Positions 61,161 to 64,000 of a stretch of DNA of 64,000 nt are shown here, in pieces. The first letter of the stretch is position 1, and every line of letters begins with the position of its first letter. The stretch comes from a virus. The translations under genes and the position numbers were made by a program. The stretch lies in IMG/VR virus record IMGVR_UViG_3300037475_000079, positions 1 to 64,000 of that record. The stretch is one strand, 5' to 3'. Below the pieces are notes generated by a model, which was given only the letters and a program-made list of their open reading frames with translations, did no database searches and was not told where the DNA came from.

Positions 61161-61469
61161 TTATTCTTGAACGAACTGGCTCACGTCTTTTGCCTTCCGA
61201 ATCAATTCGCCGATGCGCTGTTGGAGATCGGAAAAACTTCGCGGCCCGGCTGCATACGCCAACTGGGAACCCGCGACCTCTAGCAGTTCAAGCATTTCGG
61301 GAGCGACTGCGATCAATGCCGCATTCGCCTTTGCTTCCTCGGAATCGGCGTCATCCGCTGACACTTCGGCAATCAGAATCGTTTCGTCCTGATTCCAAAT
61401 GTAGATGTTGCCGGAATCGGACAGCGGAAATTCTCCATACTTCCACGGGCCTTGAGTTGGTTCATTCAT
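61161..61469 (-). CDS. hypothetical protein, 'GPW...ANAALIAVAPEM' family (paralogue 2 of 3)
   Basis: 'TQGPWKY' and 'EAKANAALIAVAPEMLELL'. Confidence 0.5.
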   Translation of the reverse strand: MNEPTQGPWKYGEFPLSDSGNIYIWNQDETILIAEVSADDADSEEAKANAALIAVAPEMLELLEVAGSQLAYAAGPRSFSDLQQRIGELIRKAKDVSQFVQE

Positions 61470-61792
61470 CGCCGCGGCGCTCCTTTCGCCAACTGCAACG
61501 CATTCTTGGCAATCGCCAGCAAATCGCCGATGGAATGTTCGGAAGTGTACGTATTGAACTCCCCGTTGTCGGAGAACGAGTCAATGAAGTTCTCCAGTGC
61601 GTCGAACATGTCCGGCGCGGCAGAGATCAACGTGGCGTTCGCCTCCGCTTCGGGGTCGTGCCCTCCGGCATATGGAACTCTGGCAACGACCTTTGCGCCC
61701 GGCTTGCCGTCTTTGAATACATACACGTCAATCGAAGGCTGATCCGCATCCCCTCTCTTCCACTTACCTTCCGTCCATCGCTTGCGTCTCAT
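61466..61792 (-). CDS. hypothetical protein, same family (paralogue 3 of 3)
   Basis: 'EAEANATLISAAPDMFDAL'. 4-nt overlap with paralogue 2. Confidence 0.5.
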   Translation of the reverse strand: MRRKRWTEGKWKRGDADQPSIDVYVFKDGKPGAKVVARVPYAGGHDPEAEANATLISAAPDMFDALENFIDSFSDNGEFNTYTSEHSIGDLLAIAKNALQLAKGAPRR

Positions 61793-61870
61793 AAAAATCT
61801 CCCGAGCCAGTCACGGCTCACTCCGACTTTGCCAGTCGGCGGCTTGCGGGTTTGTCCCACGTATGAACCA

Positions 61871-61899
61871 ATTTTACAGGTGTCCCCGTTCTGCGTCAA
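61871..61899 (-). promoter_or_regulatory. sigma70-like promoter
   Basis: The minus strand reads TTGACG, 17 nt, TAAAAT, about 70 nt upstream of the ATG at 61792. Confidence 0.4.
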
Positions 61900-61926
61900 C
61901 CATATAATCAGAGACGGTATGTCTTT

Positions 61927-62826
61927 TTATGAAAGTTCTGCTTCAACTGTGTCAGTACCTTTCTTTTCTCCGTCCCCACGCCGATCGCTCATCATCGAAT
62001 AATCCCCAACGAGTGACCGTAGCCGGTTTTCCCACCATTCATGCCACGCGAATCGAGCCGGCCAGATTCGGTACAGGTGGGCGAAATGAGCCTGGCCGGC
62101 CTTGCAGCAGAACCCGCCGCAGTTGTTATGTGGAAAGCCCATGCCATAGGCTCTCGGCGGCGCGATCCCCTCGCGTGTCATCCACGCAATAACACCTTCC
62201 TTTGACAAATACGGCTTGTCGCACAACGGGGCCTCGTACAGCCACGGCTTGACCAGCGGCAACATCCGGTCAAGCCTGTGCCGTTCCATCGCGTCGATAC
62301 CGACGTAGCAGACCGTGGCGTCTGGCGTGCAATTTTTGTCGCGCCAAACGTCCATGAATTCGCGCTTCAGTTCGCGGGAGCATGGGTCGGTGAGTGAGTT
62401 GCCGATGAATCGAACTTCCTCGAAAACTTCCCACGGATGCCGGCCGTCCGCGATCCACGTCAGTCCTGGAATTGCGGTCATTGCGTCGGCCCGAATACTG
62501 GACAGCAGCGACTTCCGTTTCAGGCAATGCGGATCGTCGATTGACAATTCGGGCAGCATCAGGCATCGCTCTGGCAGCGACCGCAAATAGTTCGCCCCGA
62601 AGATGTTCGCGGCCCCCTCGATCAAGAATCGGTAGGTATCCTGGTCCTCGATGATCGTGTCCGAAAACAGTAGTGTGATTTGGCGCAACGGTACGCTTTC
62701 GGCCAGCCGTTTTGCAGCCGCCCAGCTTCCCCCGCCGCCCGAAAACCAGACGACATGCCGTATGTCGTCTGGTTGGCACGGAAAGAGCCCGCATGTCGTC
62801 AGGTTTTCGATTGCGTCGCAAATCAC
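61927..62826 (-). CDS. PAPS-reductase-like PP-loop (adenine nucleotide alpha-hydrolase) protein
   Basis: 'VVWFSGGGGSWAAA' (an SGGxxS PP-loop variant) and a C-terminal Cys cluster 'HNNCGGFCCKAG'. Confidence 0.6.
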   Translation of the reverse strand: MICDAIENLTTCGLFPCQPDDIRHVVWFSGGGGSWAAAKRLAESVPLRQITLLFSDTIIEDQDTYRFLIEGAANIFGANYLRSLPERCLMLPELSIDDPHCLKRKSLLSSIRADAMTAIPGLTWIADGRHPWEVFEEVRFIGNSLTDPCSRELKREFMDVWRDKNCTPDATVCYVGIDAMERHRLDRMLPLVKPWLYEAPLCDKPYLSKEGVIAWMTREGIAPPRAYGMGFPHNNCGGFCCKAGQAHFAHLYRIWPARFAWHEWWENRLRSLVGDYSMMSDRRGDGEKKGTDTVEAELS

Positions 62827-62839
62827 AAATAATCCTCAG

Positions 62840-63142
62840 TCAGTAAGTTGTCTCGAATTTCCAGAACCGATAAACGAGCCACGGCCCCAGCGGAAGCAGG
62901 ACGCACGTCAGCAGAAAGTGAACCGGTCCCGGAAGCTGTTTGGCCCAGTCCGCATCGCCCCTCGTGTGCGCCAGCCGGCACTTCTGGCCTACGAATGGGA
63001 GATTCCACGACAGTTCCTCAAACCAACAGACGAGCGGCAGCCAGAAACCGCCAGTAGTTGCGCCGTTGATGAAGCACTCCAGCCCATAGTACAGCCACCA
63101 CGCGACCAGGCCGAAGCACAGGAACGCAATATCAAGCACCAT
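62840..63142 (-). CDS. multi-pass membrane protein
   Basis: 100 aa with several hydrophobic, Trp-rich segments. Confidence 0.45.
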   Translation of the reverse strand: MVLDIAFLCFGLVAWWLYYGLECFINGATTGGFWLPLVCWFEELSWNLPFVGQKCRLAHTRGDADWAKQLPGPVHFLLTCVLLPLGPWLVYRFWKFETTY

Positions 63143-63153
63143 CTAATTTCCCC

Positions 63154-63534
63154 TCATTGCGAATTTGTGGTTTCTGGTACGGAGTTATCCGTCATTTCGG
63201 CCAGACGGACGCGGATCGCGGCCTCAAGTCGCCAGCGAATGCGGGCAACCAACGGCTCGCGGTCTATCGGCCAAACGACGACGAGTCGCCCACGCGGCGG
63301 TTTCGTGCTTTCCCATCCCGCCAGCAGTTCGATAATCGCGTCGGCAATTGCTTCCGCGGTCCCCTTTTTGCATTCGGCGATCCCTTGAAGGTCTCGCTGC
63401 CATTGTGCTTTCCAGGCATCGCGCTCGGCCGTCAGGCTCTTGATCTGGCAATCCCAGCAGTCGTCCTCTCCGTCGCTGAAGTCCCTGCCATCGGGCACGT
63501 AGACGTCGCAGCCGCAGGTTTTGCAGAATGGCAT
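63154..63534 (-). CDS. hypothetical protein with N-terminal zinc-ribbon-like motif
   Basis: 'CKTCGCDVYV...CWDCQ'. Confidence 0.45.
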   Translation of the reverse strand: MPFCKTCGCDVYVPDGRDFSDGEDDCWDCQIKSLTAERDAWKAQWQRDLQGIAECKKGTAEAIADAIIELLAGWESTKPPRGRLVVVWPIDREPLVARIRWRLEAAIRVRLAEMTDNSVPETTNSQ

Positions 63535-63551
63535 TGGCTGTCTCCCCTTAT

Positions 63552-63797
63552 TTAGCGTTTTGTGTCGCGGCCGTTCAGCCAGCCGCAGATATAGGCACTC
63601 GTAACCATTGCGTCGGTGGGCAGCAGCTTGCCCGTATCGACAGGCTCAATCCAACCGTCATAGGCACCGCAGCGGCCGCGAAACACTGTCACTCTGACGA
63701 ACGATGGGTGCCGCTGTTTCTCCCAGGCGTCGAGTTGCCAGTCGTGAAGTCCGTAGGCGGTCGGCGGAATCGTCTCGTTCGGCGTTGAGATCAACAT
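63552..63797 (-). CDS. hypothetical protein
   Basis: 81-aa ORF. Confidence 0.4.
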   Translation of the reverse strand: MLISTPNETIPPTAYGLHDWQLDAWEKQRHPSFVRVTVFRGRCGAYDGWIEPVDTGKLLPTDAMVTSAYICGWLNGRDTKR

Positions 63798-63825
63798 GGC
63801 TTACTGACTCTTTCTTAGTTGGCGT

Positions 63826-64000
63826 TCAGTTCTTTTTGTGCGTCCAGAGAATCGAGCGTCCGAACCTTTTGCCTGTTACGACGCCGCGTCTCTCCATCGC
63901 CCTCAGCCGATTGTTCATGGCAGTTGGCTCGCAACCAGCGATTCCAGCCAGTGCCGCGCCGTTGCGTCCTGGATGGAGAATCACAAGATTGAGCGTCTCG
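63826..64000 (-). CDS. winged-helix (MarR-like) regulator, 3' fragment (gene starts right of the window)
   Basis: The minus frame is open to the edge: ..ETLNLVILHPGRNGAALAGIAGCEPTAMNNRLRAMERRGVVTGKRFGRSILWTHKKN*. Confidence 0.4.
   Translation of the reverse strand, partial: ETLNLVILHPGRNGAALAGIAGCEPTAMNNRLRAMERRGVVTGKRFGRSILWTHKKN

Noticed and set aside
59684-62002. 772-aa ORF on the + strand, the longest in the track
   Set aside because: It runs antisense to five well-supported minus-strand genes, including the IS1595 transposase with clear motifs. Its translation is Arg/Ser/Pro/Leu-rich and motif-free, a typical shadow ORF in GC-rich DNA.

Overview
The whole 64-kb window reads as one GC-rich temperate siphovirus-type phage or prophage genome. 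I saw no host housekeeping genes, rRNA, intact tRNA or CRISPR array.

Layout:
- 3-7425 (+): a translationally coupled operon. It holds an HNH endonuclease, several putative glycosyltransferases, a ColD-like DegT-family sugar enzyme, a cold-shock protein and a SAM methyltransferase.
- 39775 down to 7422 (-): a complete morphogenesis module. Order is putative TerS, TerL, portal fused to a MuF-like domain, prohead protease, HK97-fold capsid, connector proteins, major tail protein, G/GT chaperones with a GGGAAAC -1 slippery site, and tape measure. It ends in tail-tip proteins that include a glycosyltransferase, a repeat protein and a prepilin-like protein.
- 40224-42282 (-) and 42390-44341 (+): divergent early/regulatory genes, an HNH endonuclease and a tyrosine integrase with a candidate attP.
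- 63797 down to 44532 (-): small regulators, a PAPS-reductase-like protein, an IS1595-type transposase, many small membrane proteins, a cluster of envelope-targeted proteins, and three large fibre/spike proteins.

Strongest finding from direct reading: a 4774-bp cargo transposon at 26667-31440. It has 25-bp imperfect terminal inverted repeats and an 8-bp target duplication (CAAACTCT). It carries an IS1-family transposase, a HigB/HigA/SecB-like toxin-antitoxin-chaperone module, a second toxin-antitoxin pair and a ribbon-helix-helix regulator. It splits a phage gene that is restored exactly in frame (167 aa) when the element is removed in silico.

That split gene is flanked by two unusual strand-asymmetric arrays of GGAWNGG heptamers whose function is unknown.

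All functional calls come from motif recognition by eye, with no database search. Start codons are approximate where noted.
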